Shown one piece after another: positions 14,219-24,564 of a stretch of DNA of 33,876 nt. Location of the stretch: positions 1 through 33,876 of the IMG/VR virus record IMGVR_UViG_3300038393_001293. One strand, given 5' to 3'. Position 1 is the first letter of the stretch. Each line of letters opens with the position of its first letter. The position numbers were made by a program, and so were the translations under genes. Below the pieces are notes generated by a model. It was not told the DNA's origin and did not search any database. It saw only the letters and a list, made by a program, of their open reading frames with translations. The stretch comes from a virus (Duplodnaviria > Caudoviricetes).

Positions 14219-15855
14219 TGTCGTCGCTGCGGGACCTTTCCGATGCGGAGCTTCAGGAGCGACACCGCAGCCTAAGCCGCCACCTGGCGGTGAAGGAGGC
14301 GCGCGACGGCCTCCTGAAATACATCCAGTACGTCCACCCGGATCCGGACAATTCCGAAGATCCAGGCGCGTCGGCGTATGTGGCGACCCCGTTGGCGCGC
14401 CTGCTGTGCGAGGTCTACGAGAAGATCGACCGCGGCGAGCTGATGCGCGTGGCGATTTCGACAGGCCCGCAGCTCGGCAAGAGCCAGGTAGTGAGCCGCG
14501 ACGGCATTGCGTGGTTCTCCGGCCGCAACCCGACGAAACACGTCATGCTCGGTGCCTACAACAGCGACTTTGCCTCCGAATTCGGCGGCGACGTGCGCAA
14601 CCGAATCTTGACCGGGCTGCATAAGCAGGTCTTCCCCGGGCACGGCCTGCTGCCGTCGGCGAAGGGTAAGGAGTACATGATTACGACGTCCGGCGGGAAG
14701 CTGGCGTTCGTGGGCGTGGGCGGCTCCGGTACCGGTAAGCCGGCCGACCTGTTCGTGGTTGACGACCCGATCCGCAACGACGAGGACGCGCAAAGCGCGG
14801 CCTATCGCGACAAGGTCTGGAACTGGTTCAACAAGGTGGTGTTCACCCGCTGCCACAGCAAGACGCCGGTGATCGTGTGTCTGACGCGGTGGCACGAAGA
14901 CGACTTGATCGGGCGCCTGTGCGACCCCGATCACCCGCAACGCGACAGCAAATACGTCGGCATCGCCGAGAAATGGACGTATTTCAATCTGCCGTCGGTG
15001 GTGACCGACGAGCGACAGGCGCAAGCGTTGGGCCTGACCCTGTCCGTGCAAACCGATCCGCTGGTGCTGCAGCAGTTCGGCGACGCCCCCATGTCGTCGC
15101 TGTGGCCGGAGCGCAAGGGGTTGCCGTTCCTGGCCGAAGCGCGCCAGCTCGACAGCCGCGGCTTCGACGCCCTGTACATGGGCAAGCCGTCGCCGGAGGA
15201 CGGCGCGTATTTCACGTCCGACATGATCCGCGAGTATTCGCGCAGCCAGCTGCCGAAGAATTTGCGGATTTACGCCGCCAGCGATCACGCGGTTACCAAG
15301 AAGCAGCGCAACGACGCCACGGTGCTCGGCTGCGTCGGCGTGGACGAGGACGACAACATTTGGGTGCTCGACGACCTGTGGTGGAAGCGCGAAACCACCG
15401 ATAAGGTGGTCGAGGCCATGCTGGCAATGATGAAGCGCCGCAAGCCGCTGGTGTGGTGGGCCGCGAGCGATCACATCTCCAAGTCCTTCGGCCCGTTTCT
15501 ACGGAAACGCATGTATGAGGACGAGGTCTACATCCACCTGTCGGAATCGTCGGAACACGGCGACAAGGAACAGAAGGCCCAAGCGATCAAGGGCCGCATG
15601 TCGATGGGGAAGGTCTATTTCCCCCGGTATGCGCCCTGGTGGCGCGCGGCGCGCGCCGAGCTGCTGAAGTTCCCCTTCGGCGCCCATGACGACTTCGTCG
15701 ACTTCCTGGCGCACATCGGCCGCGGGCTTTCCCGCACGGTGGCGGCCACACCGACGACCGAAAAGAAAACCCCCAAGGTCGGCACCTTCGCCTGGATGAA
15801 GTGGGCCGGCCAACGGCGCGAGGCGCGCGCCAAGAAATCTTTACGAGGTATGTGA
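14218..15855 (+). CDS. terL: Terminase large subunit
   Basis: GPQLGKS Walker A, VVDDP Walker B, TRWHEDD, AASD and HDDFVD nuclease motifs. Confidence 0.95.
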   Translation: MSSLRDLSDAELQERHRSLSRHLAVKEARDGLLKYIQYVHPDPDNSEDPGASAYVATPLARLLCEVYEKIDRGELMRVAISTGPQLGKSQVVSRDGIAWFSGRNPTKHVMLGAYNSDFASEFGGDVRNRILTGLHKQVFPGHGLLPSAKGKEYMITTSGGKLAFVGVGGSGTGKPADLFVVDDPIRNDEDAQSAAYRDKVWNWFNKVVFTRCHSKTPVIVCLTRWHEDDLIGRLCDPDHPQRDSKYVGIAEKWTYFNLPSVVTDERQAQALGLTLSVQTDPLVLQQFGDAPMSSLWPERKGLPFLAEARQLDSRGFDALYMGKPSPEDGAYFTSDMIREYSRSQLPKNLRIYAASDHAVTKKQRNDATVLGCVGVDEDDNIWVLDDLWWKRETTDKVVEAMLAMMKRRKPLVWWAASDHISKSFGPFLRKRMYEDEVYIHLSESSEHGDKEQKAQAIKGRMSMGKVYFPRYAPWWRAARAELLKFPFGAHDDFVDFLAHIGRGLSRTVAATPTTEKKTPKVGTFAWMKWAGQRREARAKKSLRGM

Positions 15856-18077
15856 TGGCTCTCGAAATGAACGACGTTCCCGGCATGTTGAGCATGGACG
15901 CGGTCGCGCCCATGGAAGGCACCGGCCCGCAGGTGGCGCCGCAGCTCGCCGCGCCTGAAGGCGTGGTGAAGCGCGACAAGCCCGAAGTGTCCGACGCCCG
16001 CAAGAAGCTGGTGAAGCGGTGGCTGAGGGACATCAAGGCCGCGAAAAAGCACGACGAGGATGCGATGAAGCGCATCCGCGAGGACATGGATTTCGCCTAT
16101 AAGTGGGGTGTCGGCAGCCAGTGGGACAAGCAGACCAAGGACGATGACCGGTACATCGCGAACGTCGTTCAGCGGCACGTCAACAACCGCGTGGCCGCGC
16201 TCTACGCCAAGGATCCGACCGTGGTCGCGAAGCCGACCAAGCGCCGGTACTTCAAGGTCTGGGACGGGCAGTTCTCGACCCTCCAAAACGCCCAGATGGC
16301 GCTGCAAAATGCGGCGATGGCCGGCACCGCCATGCCGGGCGGTGCGCCCGGCGTGCCGTCGGCAATGCCGACGGCACCGATGACGCCGCCCCCGTGGGCA
16401 GTCGAGCTGATGCAGGACGTGCAGCAGGGTATGTTGCGCAAGCAGATGGTCGCCAACGTCGGCGACACCCTAGAAATCCTGTTCCGGTATTTTATGAAGG
16501 AGCAGGTGCCGGATTTCAAAGAGCAGATGAAGCAGCTGATCCGCCGCGTCGAGACGTGCGGGATCGGTTACGTCAAAATCGGTTGGCAGCGCCTCTACGG
16601 GCAGCGCACCGCCACGCAGTCGCGTATCGCAGACATCGTCGACCAGATGCAGACCATGGACCGGTTGCGCTCGGACCTCGCCGACGAGGAGATGGAGGAC
16701 CACGACGCCGAGCGCGAGGAGCTGGACCTGGCGCTGAAGGAGATGCAAAAGGAGCCGGAAGTCATTGTCCGTGAAGGCCTGACGTGGGACTTCCCGAGTG
16801 CGCTGAAAATTATCGTCGATCCGCGGTGCAAGCTGTTGCGCGGTTTTGTCGGCGCCAACTGGATCGCCGAGGAGGTGGACACCACCGAGGATGAAATCCA
16901 GGAGCTTTTCAACGTCGACCTGAGCTCGTCGACCAAGGAAACCACCGGCGAGCGGCAAAACCTGCCAAGTTCGCTTAAAAAGAACGACGAGGAGGACGGC
17001 GATAGCGATCAAGCTACGTTCTATCGCGTCTGGGACCGCAAGACCGGGCTGATGTACTGCGTCACCGAGGACTGGCCGGATTTCCTGGAAGAACCGCGTG
17101 CGCCGGACGTCAAGGTCGACCAGTTTTTCCCCGTGCGTGCCCTGGTGTTCAACGCCGTCGAGCATGAAAGTGAGCGGTTCCCGCCGTCGGACGTGCGGCT
17201 GCTGCGTTCGCAGCAGCGCGAATATAATCGCATTAAGGAAGCGCTGCGCCAGCACCGCATCGCTAATCGGCCGCTATACGCGTCGCCGGAAGGGGCGCTT
17301 GAAGACGAGGATATGGAGGGGGGCGGCCAGTTGGCCCTCGATAACTACCCCGATCACGCCGTCATCAAGCTCAAAGGCCTGGCCGAAGATCAGAGCGTCG
17401 ACACCAAGCTGCAGCCTGTCAAAAAGGTGCCGATCGACCCTAACGTGTATGAATCCGAGGGCATTTTTACGGATGTGCAGCGGGTCACTGGATCGTCGGA
17501 GGCCAACCTGGGCGGGACGTCCAGCGCCACCGCCACGGAGAGCAATATCGCCGAGGGCAGCCGCCTGTCATCGCTGGATTCCAACGCCGACGACCTCGAC
17601 AGCCTGTTGACCCTGTTGGCGCGCGACGGCGGCCAAATCCTTCTGTCCGAACTCAGCACCGAGAGCGCCATTGAGATCGTCGGCGAGGGCGCCGTGTGGC
17701 CGGAGATGAGCCGGGCCGAGATTTCCAAGGAAATCTACCTCGATATCGAGGCCGGCTCGTCGGGACGCCCAAACCGGGCCCGCGACATCGCCAATTTCAA
17801 GGATATGGGCCCGTTGATGATGCAAATCCCAGGCATGAACCCGGAGAAGATGGGGCGGTTCGCCTGGAAGATCCTGGACGACAAGGTCGACCTGACCGAC
17901 GCCATTATGCCGGACCTGCCGTCCATCACGTCCATGAACGGGCAAAAGCAGCTCGGCACCGGCGATCCGATGACCGACCCGAATATGCAGGGCGGGCAGG
18001 GCGCGAATAACGCGCCGGCGGGGCCGCCGGTGGCCGGCCCGGGCCCGCAGGTGCCGACCCCCGCCGCTTTAGCGTGA
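15855..18077 (+). CDS. Portal protein
   Basis: About 740 aa directly after terL (TGATG overlap); helical; TATES motif; Pro/Gln tail. Confidence 0.85.
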   Translation: MALEMNDVPGMLSMDAVAPMEGTGPQVAPQLAAPEGVVKRDKPEVSDARKKLVKRWLRDIKAAKKHDEDAMKRIREDMDFAYKWGVGSQWDKQTKDDDRYIANVVQRHVNNRVAALYAKDPTVVAKPTKRRYFKVWDGQFSTLQNAQMALQNAAMAGTAMPGGAPGVPSAMPTAPMTPPPWAVELMQDVQQGMLRKQMVANVGDTLEILFRYFMKEQVPDFKEQMKQLIRRVETCGIGYVKIGWQRLYGQRTATQSRIADIVDQMQTMDRLRSDLADEEMEDHDAEREELDLALKEMQKEPEVIVREGLTWDFPSALKIIVDPRCKLLRGFVGANWIAEEVDTTEDEIQELFNVDLSSSTKETTGERQNLPSSLKKNDEEDGDSDQATFYRVWDRKTGLMYCVTEDWPDFLEEPRAPDVKVDQFFPVRALVFNAVEHESERFPPSDVRLLRSQQREYNRIKEALRQHRIANRPLYASPEGALEDEDMEGGGQLALDNYPDHAVIKLKGLAEDQSVDTKLQPVKKVPIDPNVYESEGIFTDVQRVTGSSEANLGGTSSATATESNIAEGSRLSSLDSNADDLDSLLTLLARDGGQILLSELSTESAIEIVGEGAVWPEMSRAEISKEIYLDIEAGSSGRPNRARDIANFKDMGPLMMQIPGMNPEKMGRFAWKILDDKVDLTDAIMPDLPSITSMNGQKQLGTGDPMTDPNMQGGQGANNAPAGPPVAGPGPQVPTPAALA

Positions 18078-18105
18078 CTTCGATGTCGCGTAATGAAGTT
18101 TCGGC

Positions 18106-18134
18106 TTGAACGACAAAAGGCGACAGCGTAAAGT
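18106..18134 (+). promoter_or_regulatory. Head-operon promoter with tandem CGACA boxes
   Basis: TTGAAC-N17(GACAAAAGGCGACAGCG)-TAAAGT. Confidence 0.7.
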
Positions 18135-18194
18135 CCACAATTGAGAAGACCGCGTCGTGAGACGCCGTCAACCCACAGAAGGAGGCGTTAAAGC

Positions 18195-19220
18195 ATGTCC
18201 GTAGAGGACAGCGCTGCGGCTTCGCCAGCCGCGGCCGAAACACCTGCCGAGGGCGCAGCCGATGCCACAGCGTCGGACGCCAGTGCGGCGACCCAGGACG
18301 TAAAATCAACCCCCGCGGAAACGTCCGCTGCGGAAGGCGCAAAGCCGTCGCTGTTTGACGCCGTCAAGGCGTCGCTGGCGAAGGATGAGGCACCGCCGGC
18401 CTCGAGTGCGAACAAAGATTCCAAAGATGACCCCACGGCTAAGGCGCCGGAGGCAGAGTCGGATGAGGAAGACGAACGCGACCCGGGCGAGCTGACCGAG
18501 GAGGACAAGAAACTCCTCTCGGCGAAAACCCAGGCCCGCATCCGCAACCTCACCCACCAGCGCGATGAACTCCGCGAACCGGCCGAACGGTTCCGGCGCA
18601 TTCAGGCGTTCCAGCACGAAACGGGCGTCTCGTCCGACGAAATCGTGCAGGCGCTCGATGTTCTGGCGTTGGTGCGCAGCAACCCTGGCGAAGCTCTCAA
18701 GCGCGCCCGGGAATTTGCGTACAACCTGTCCCTGTCGCTCGGCGAGACGCTTCCTCCGGACATTCAAGACAAGGTGTCCAAGGGGCAGATCGACGAAGCC
18801 ACCGGTCGCGAATTGGCCCTTGCGCGTGTCAAGGCCGACGGCTTCCAGCAGCGGGTAGAAGTATCCGAGGCGGAACGCCAGGCCCAGGCCACGCAGGCGT
18901 TCAAGAGCGACGTCTCCGGCGCAGTCAATGCGTGGGAGGAGCAGGTCACCAAGCGGGATCCGGACTTCGCGAAGAAGAAACCGCTGATCCAGTCCAACTT
19001 CCGGGCGCTGATCCAGGAAGGCAACCAGATCAAGTCGAAGGACGACGCCGTGCGCCTCATGAAGGAAGCGTACAAGCGCACCAACGACCACCTGGGCGCC
19101 TTCACCACGCGCCGGCCGGAAGTGAAGACCGCTTCGGCACCCGCAGCCCCCGCCCCCGCGGTAAAGACCCCCAAGACCCTCGACGAAGCAATTCGTGGGG
19201 CCTTCGGAGCCGCGGCTTAA
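18195..19220 (+). CDS. Capsid scaffolding protein
   Basis: Acidic disordered N-terminus plus coiled coil; between portal and capsid; AAGGAGG RBS. Confidence 0.8.
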   Translation: MSVEDSAAASPAAAETPAEGAADATASDASAATQDVKSTPAETSAAEGAKPSLFDAVKASLAKDEAPPASSANKDSKDDPTAKAPEAESDEEDERDPGELTEEDKKLLSAKTQARIRNLTHQRDELREPAERFRRIQAFQHETGVSSDEIVQALDVLALVRSNPGEALKRAREFAYNLSLSLGETLPPDIQDKVSKGQIDEATGRELALARVKADGFQQRVEVSEAERQAQATQAFKSDVSGAVNAWEEQVTKRDPDFAKKKPLIQSNFRALIQEGNQIKSKDDAVRLMKEAYKRTNDHLGAFTTRRPEVKTASAPAAPAPAVKTPKTLDEAIRGAFGAAA

Positions 19221-19238
19221 CGCCAGGTGACGACTACC

Positions 19239-20306
19239 ATGTCTCTCGAATCATTCTCTCCCGTCGAAATCGAAAATGCGATGGCGGCCGCGCTGGACTT
19301 CTACATGAAGGGCCAGCCGCTCTCCCAGACCATTCAGGAAAAGCCCACCTGGGCGAAGCTCCTGAAGGGCAAGAAGACCTTCCCCGGTTCCCGCGGCGAA
19401 ATCAAAAAGAACGTCAAGGGCAAGTACACCAGCTCGTTCCAGGGTTATTCCGGCGACGACACGGTGACCTACCGCAACCCGGCGAACATCAAGCAGGCGA
19501 CCGCCCCGTGGTTCGAATTGCACGCCGGCCTGTCCTGCACCTACACCGAGCTGAAGTCCAACGGCATCTCGGTCAACAACACCAACGGCGACTCCACCAG
19601 CCGCCACAGCGACGCCGCCATGTCGATCGTCTCCGATGTCCTCAAGGACAAGATGGACGACCTCGACGAAGGCACCACGCGCTCGATCAACGACATGGCG
19701 TGGAAGGACGGCACCCAGGACTCCAAGGCGTTCCCAGGCATCACGTCCATCATCGTCGACGATCCGACCACCGGCACCTGCATGGGCCTCGATCGCTCGA
19801 CCCTGGTCGACGAGCGCGGCAACTACTACTGGCGCAACCGCGCGCTGGTGGGTTCCAGCAAGATCACCGCGTCGGCCACCGATCAGACCCTCACGCGGAC
19901 CCTCAAGAGCGAACTGCGGCAGCTGCGTCGCTTCGGCGGTTCGCCGAGCCTGTGGGTTTCCGGTTCCGCCGCCCTCGGCAAGCTGGAAATGGAAGCCTAC
20001 AGCAAGGGCTACCTGACGCAGACCGGCTTTACCGACGGCGACACCTCGATCCAGGTGCCGAACGTTATGATCCCGGGCCTCGGCCGCTGCATCTACGACC
20101 CCACGCTCGATGACCTGAGCCGCAGCGACTACATGTACCTGATCGACACCAAGCACCTCTATCTGATGGTCATGCAGAACGAGGAGTTCAAACAGCACTC
20201 GCCCGAGCGCCCGCCCGAAAAGTACGTCCTGTACAAGGGCCTCACCTGGACCGGCTGCCTTTACGCCGACCAGATGAACTGCCACGGCGTCTACCAGGTC
20301 GCGTAA
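19239..20306 (+). CDS. Major capsid protein
   Basis: About 355 aa after the scaffold; strong codon bias; DGT....FPGI, G.DRST....WRN, YDPTLD motifs. Confidence 0.88.
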   Translation: MSLESFSPVEIENAMAAALDFYMKGQPLSQTIQEKPTWAKLLKGKKTFPGSRGEIKKNVKGKYTSSFQGYSGDDTVTYRNPANIKQATAPWFELHAGLSCTYTELKSNGISVNNTNGDSTSRHSDAAMSIVSDVLKDKMDDLDEGTTRSINDMAWKDGTQDSKAFPGITSIIVDDPTTGTCMGLDRSTLVDERGNYYWRNRALVGSSKITASATDQTLTRTLKSELRQLRRFGGSPSLWVSGSAALGKLEMEAYSKGYLTQTGFTDGDTSIQVPNVMIPGLGRCIYDPTLDDLSRSDYMYLIDTKHLYLMVMQNEEFKQHSPERPPEKYVLYKGLTWTGCLYADQMNCHGVYQVA

Positions 20307-20324
20307 AGAAGGAGCATCAGAATC

Positions 20325-21254
20325 ATGGGACGCCAAAACTTTCGCGTTGTCGAGGTCACTCTTGCCAGCGCAGTCGTTACCAGCGGCACTTTCACCGTCA
20401 CGTATCCGGATGGCACCAACGCCGCTTGGTTCCAGAAGGGCATGGATCACAAGATCACGGCGCTCGGCGCCGAGTTCTCGCACCCCGAGGACTTCGGCAT
20501 CACCACGTTCGGCAATACCACCTGCACGGTCACTTGGCGCAACGCCAAGACCCTCGCGGCGGGTACCAAGCTGCGCGTGAAGCTGGACACTCCAGGCCTC
20601 GACAGCTACCGCGACAAGCCGCCGGTGTTCACCGATCCGAGCCCCGCGCTTATCACGACGATGTACCCACAGCGCATCTCGCTCGGCGCGCCGATCGTCG
20701 CCGACGTGGACGGCGTTGCCACCGCCATGCCGACCTCCGGCGCCTACACGCTGAACGGCGCGTCGGTGACCAGTGGCGTGGCCGTGATGGACGTGCCGCG
20801 TAACGTCACCTTCACCGCGACGGGCACCTTCACCGGCGCCACGATCACCGGCAAGGACGTCTACCTGTCCACCATGATCGAAACCGTGGCCGCGAACGGC
20901 GGCGCTTCGACTGTGGCGGCCGGCGTTAAGGCGTTCAAGACCATCACCAGCATCGTGTCATTGGCGACGGCGGGCGGCGTGAGCACCTGCACCGCCGGCT
21001 TCGGCGACGTGCTCGGCCTTCCGGTTTACCTGCCGTCGTCCGGCTTTGTCATTCGCGAGCTGGAAGACGGGGCGACCGCGTCGTCCGGCACCATCGTCGC
21101 CGGCCTGACGCCGACCACCGTTTCGACGGCGACCACCGCCGACGTGCGCGGCACCTACGACCCGAGTTCGGCGTGCAACGGCACCAAGGCTTTCGAACTG
21201 CTGGTGACGCTGTCCGACCCGAACCACAAGGGCAACCCGCAGTACGACGGCTAA
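20325..21254 (+). CDS. Putative capsid decoration / minor head protein
   Basis: Thr/Gly-rich, directly after the capsid gene; DVPRNV, KAFKTI, TADVRGTY motifs; AAGGAG RBS. Confidence 0.65.
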   Translation: MGRQNFRVVEVTLASAVVTSGTFTVTYPDGTNAAWFQKGMDHKITALGAEFSHPEDFGITTFGNTTCTVTWRNAKTLAAGTKLRVKLDTPGLDSYRDKPPVFTDPSPALITTMYPQRISLGAPIVADVDGVATAMPTSGAYTLNGASVTSGVAVMDVPRNVTFTATGTFTGATITGKDVYLSTMIETVAANGGASTVAAGVKAFKTITSIVSLATAGGVSTCTAGFGDVLGLPVYLPSSGFVIRELEDGATASSGTIVAGLTPTTVSTATTADVRGTYDPSSACNGTKAFELLVTLSDPNHKGNPQYDG

Positions 21255-21267
21255 CCCCGAGAACACG

Positions 21268-21304
21268 GCCGGCCCCTCTGCACTCCGGTGTACGGGCCGG
21301 TTTT
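21268..21304 (+). terminator. Putative intrinsic terminator after the head genes
   Basis: CCGGCCC...GGGCCGG followed by TTTT, with inner TGCAC/GTGTA. Confidence 0.6.
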
Positions 21305-21324
21305 CCTCTTTCCAAGGAGTTTCC

Positions 21325-21714
21325 ATGCAACTCGCCCACTGCTTCGTCAAACACCAAGGCAACCACTATCACGCCATCAAGCGCATCAATGTTTCGCCGG
21401 CGGAGATCCTGGTGCTGAAGAAGATTCACGGCGCCGACGCCATCACTGGCGTTCAGTACGCCGGCGACAGCGAGCGCAGTGACGCGGATGAAGTCGAGAA
21501 CCTGAACCGCATCTACGGCGGCAAGGAAGAAACCCAGGCCCACGTCGCAAACCTGTTTCCCGGCGCCGCGCCGAAGCTGCCGCAGACCCTCGCGGAGGTC
21601 GGCTACGACCTGAAGATCGAGCCGAAGCCGGTGGCCGGCGAGCAGGACGAAGACGAGATCATTCGCCCGCCGCGCAAGACCCTCAGCGCGAAAGCCGCCC
21701 AGGCGCTCGCCTAA
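21325..21714 (+). CDS. Hypothetical phage protein
   Basis: AAGGAG RBS; VSPAEILVLKKIHG. Confidence 0.75.
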   Translation: MQLAHCFVKHQGNHYHAIKRINVSPAEILVLKKIHGADAITGVQYAGDSERSDADEVENLNRIYGGKEETQAHVANLFPGAAPKLPQTLAEVGYDLKIEPKPVAGEQDEDEIIRPPRKTLSAKAAQALA

Positions 21715-21720
21715 AAGCCG

Positions 21721-22416
21721 ATGGCCCGCGGCACGCAGCTTATCAAGCTCGTCGATCAACTGCGTTCCGAGCTTAAAGAGTCCAGCAACCCTGCTTCCGG
21801 GGTGAACACGCTTGAATCGTACAAGTATGTTCTCAACGCGCAGCAGGAGTTTCTGTACCACGACTACGCATGGCCGTTCCTGCGCGGGCACTTCGACGTC
21901 GAGATGCAGGCCGGCGAACGTTACTACGACCTGCCGGTCGATCCCGGCACGATCAGCCGCTACGAGTTCAAGTGGAACGACATCTGGTCGCCGATCGTCG
22001 TGGGCATTGGTGCCAGCAATTACAACAGCCAGGACTCCGACCGCGACCAGCGTGCGGACCCGGTTCAGAACTGGCAGTTTGAGGGCGATACCCAGTTCGA
22101 GGTGTGGCCGGTGCCGGCGAGCAACGGTGGCACCGTGCGTTTCTGGGGCCGCCAGGCCCTCACCAAGATGGTCAAGGACACCGACCGGTGCATCCTCGAC
22201 GACCGCCTCATCGTGCTCTTTGCAGCCGCCAATCGCGCACCAAAGGAGACGTACCAGCGCAAGCTGGCAGAGGCCAACAGCTATTACCGGGCGCTCAAGA
22301 AGCGCTTCACCAATGGCAGCCGCGGTTTCGTGCTCGGCGGCGGCCAAGGCAATTCCACCGGCCGCAGCCCGCCTGGCCACGTCCGCGTCGCAGAAACAAA
22401 TCGGAGCGGGTCATGA
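21721..22416 (+). CDS. Putative head-tail adaptor / tail tubular protein A
   Basis: Position and size; LN.QQ.....YAWPFL, YDLP, EVWPVP motifs. Confidence 0.72.
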   Translation: MARGTQLIKLVDQLRSELKESSNPASGVNTLESYKYVLNAQQEFLYHDYAWPFLRGHFDVEMQAGERYYDLPVDPGTISRYEFKWNDIWSPIVVGIGASNYNSQDSDRDQRADPVQNWQFEGDTQFEVWPVPASNGGTVRFWGRQALTKMVKDTDRCILDDRLIVLFAAANRAPKETYQRKLAEANSYYRALKKRFTNGSRGFVLGGGQGNSTGRSPPGHVRVAETNRSGS

Positions 22417-22835
22417 CCCTCGACGACGTCATCCGCATGGCATTGGCGCCGCGCACCACGCGCGACGTCATTGTCGCGCCCGGCCTGGGCGTGCCGCAGG
22501 ACACTGGCAACGCGCCGGTTGAAGGCGTCGGCGTCCCTCTCGGCCGCGAACCGCGCAGGGACGAGCCCGGCGAGCCTCCGCCGATCGAGGCCAGCCACTC
22601 CGCGCCGCCCGACGTTGGTGCATCCCCGGCGCCGCCGGAGCCCCTGGATCCGAAAACCGATCGGATGACCGCATTCCGCTTCCAGCCCGACTATCGCGCG
22701 CTCAGTGAGCAGCGGGTGGCCGCTACGCCAGCGGAAGGCCTCGGCGGCTTCGCGTCGCAGTTCGCCGGCGGCGGCCAGGGCCAGCGGTCGTATAACCACA
22801 GCCTGCGCCCCGAGCGCGGCACCCTAGTCCGGTGA
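22413..22835 (+). CDS. Proline-rich hypothetical protein (140 aa, MTLDDVIRM...)
   Basis: ATGA overlap, GGAG RBS; fills the gap up to the nozzle gene. Confidence 0.55.
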   Translation: MTLDDVIRMALAPRTTRDVIVAPGLGVPQDTGNAPVEGVGVPLGREPRRDEPGEPPPIEASHSAPPDVGASPAPPEPLDPKTDRMTAFRFQPDYRALSEQRVAATPAEGLGGFASQFAGGGQGQRSYNHSLRPERGTLVR

Positions 22836-22839
22836 CCGT

Positions 22840-24564
22840 GTGTCATATTTCATCCTTGAGGACTTCCGGCTAGGGCAGGACAGCCGCAAGAGCCCGCTGA
22901 CGGCCGCGCCCGGCACGCTGACGACCCTCATCAACGGGCACATCACGCGCGGCGGAGAGCTTGAGAAGCGCAGGGCGCTCGTCAGCACGTACACCCTGCC
23001 GGCGGGTACCTTTGGCCTCGGCGCAGTCGGCGGCCAGCTTTACGTGTTCGGTTCTGAGGCGGATCCCGGTGTCCCGGCTGGCCTCCTTTACCAGCGCCTC
23101 GAGCACCCCACCGGCGAAGCCATGACGCAGGTGCTCGACGTCAACATCTTCAACAGCAAGCTTTACGTCGTCGCGAAATTCGCCGACGCCAGCATCCAGC
23201 ACTTCTACGATGGCACCCGCATCGACGATTTCACGGACGGGAAAGCCCGCGGCCGGTTCAACATCACCGGCGGGTCAGTCGGCGCCGGCGTCAACAAGAT
23301 CACGTCTGTGAAGGTCAACGGCGTCGAGATCCTGAATACCGCGGTGGACTGGACCACCGACAACGCTACGACTGCCGCCGCGGTCGCCGTCCAGATCACG
23401 TCGTACAGCTCGACCCCGGATTATACCGCCAGCGCGTCGGGCGTGACCGTGGTCATCGAGGCCCCGACGGCCGGCACCAGCTTCAACGGGTTTCCGGTCG
23501 TCGTGACCACCGCGGGCGACGTCACCAGCAGCACGCCCAGCGCCATGGCCGATGGGATCGACGAAACCATCGCGCCCGGCCGCGTCGCCGTTACCTTTGG
23601 CACCAAGGTCTACACCATCTCGGATTCCAGCCTGGTGTTCAGCGCGGTCAACGACCCGACCGACTACAACGACGCCACCGGGATCGGCGCCGGCACCATC
23701 AACATGTCGAACCACAGCGCCGGCTCGGAAGTGCTTACAGCGCTTCGCGTTTTCTACGACAAGCTGGCGATCTTCGCCGAGGAAGCCGTCCAGATTTGGT
23801 TCGTCGAGGCCGACGACGCGAACAACACCCAGGCCCAGGTCATCCAGAATACAGGTACGAACGCGAGCCGCAGCGTCGCGGCGTTCGGTGATGGCGACGT
23901 GTTCTACCTCGCCCGTAATGGCGTGCGCGCGCTCAAGGCCCGCGACACCAACAACGTGGCGACCGTGTCGGAGGTCGGCACCGCGATCGATACGGATATC
24001 ATTGAATTCCTGGCGACTTTGACGGACGACCAGATCGCAAACGCGGTCGCGACGGTCGAGCCGATCGACAAGCGATATTGGCTGGCCATCGGCGACCGGG
24101 TCTACGTCTACAGCTATTTCTCCGGCTCCAAGATTGCGGCGTGGAGCACCTACGAGTTTGGCGTCAGCATCACGGATTTCGCGGTGCTGGCCGACCGGGT
24201 GTACGCGCGCGCCGGCGACACCGTCTACCTCTACGGCGGGGAGGACAATGACACCTATGACAGTTCCACGGTGGAATTTGTCGTGCCGTACATGGACGCC
24301 AAAACCCCCGGAAACCCGAAGACGCTCAATGCGATAGACACGGTCGCCGAGGGGACCTGGTCGGTGCAGATGTGCTGCAACCCCAAGCGATCCACGGAGT
24401 TCGACGACCTTGGCACGTTCACGGGATCGACGCTCGACACTCTGGCCAATCCGGCCCAAGGCAAGAGCACCTATTTCGCGTTCAAGTTCACCCACGAAAA
24501 GCCCGAATACGCCCGGTTCAGCCGATTTGTCATGTACTTCGAAAAAGACGAGGCGAAAGCGTGA
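22840..24564 (+). CDS. Putative tail nozzle / tail tubular protein B
   Basis: DFRLGQD...NGHITRGGELEKR start, beta-propeller-like repeats, AWS motif; synteny. Confidence 0.78.
   Translation: MSYFILEDFRLGQDSRKSPLTAAPGTLTTLINGHITRGGELEKRRALVSTYTLPAGTFGLGAVGGQLYVFGSEADPGVPAGLLYQRLEHPTGEAMTQVLDVNIFNSKLYVVAKFADASIQHFYDGTRIDDFTDGKARGRFNITGGSVGAGVNKITSVKVNGVEILNTAVDWTTDNATTAAAVAVQITSYSSTPDYTASASGVTVVIEAPTAGTSFNGFPVVVTTAGDVTSSTPSAMADGIDETIAPGRVAVTFGTKVYTISDSSLVFSAVNDPTDYNDATGIGAGTINMSNHSAGSEVLTALRVFYDKLAIFAEEAVQIWFVEADDANNTQAQVIQNTGTNASRSVAAFGDGDVFYLARNGVRALKARDTNNVATVSEVGTAIDTDIIEFLATLTDDQIANAVATVEPIDKRYWLAIGDRVYVYSYFSGSKIAAWSTYEFGVSITDFAVLADRVYARAGDTVYLYGGEDNDTYDSSTVEFVVPYMDAKTPGNPKTLNAIDTVAEGTWSVQMCCNPKRSTEFDDLGTFTGSTLDTLANPAQGKSTYFAFKFTHEKPEYARFSRFVMYFEKDEAKA

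Noticed and set aside
20280-20330. Programmed frameshift or readthrough extending the capsid protein
   Set aside because: No slippery sequence; clean TAA stop; the next gene has its own strong RBS.
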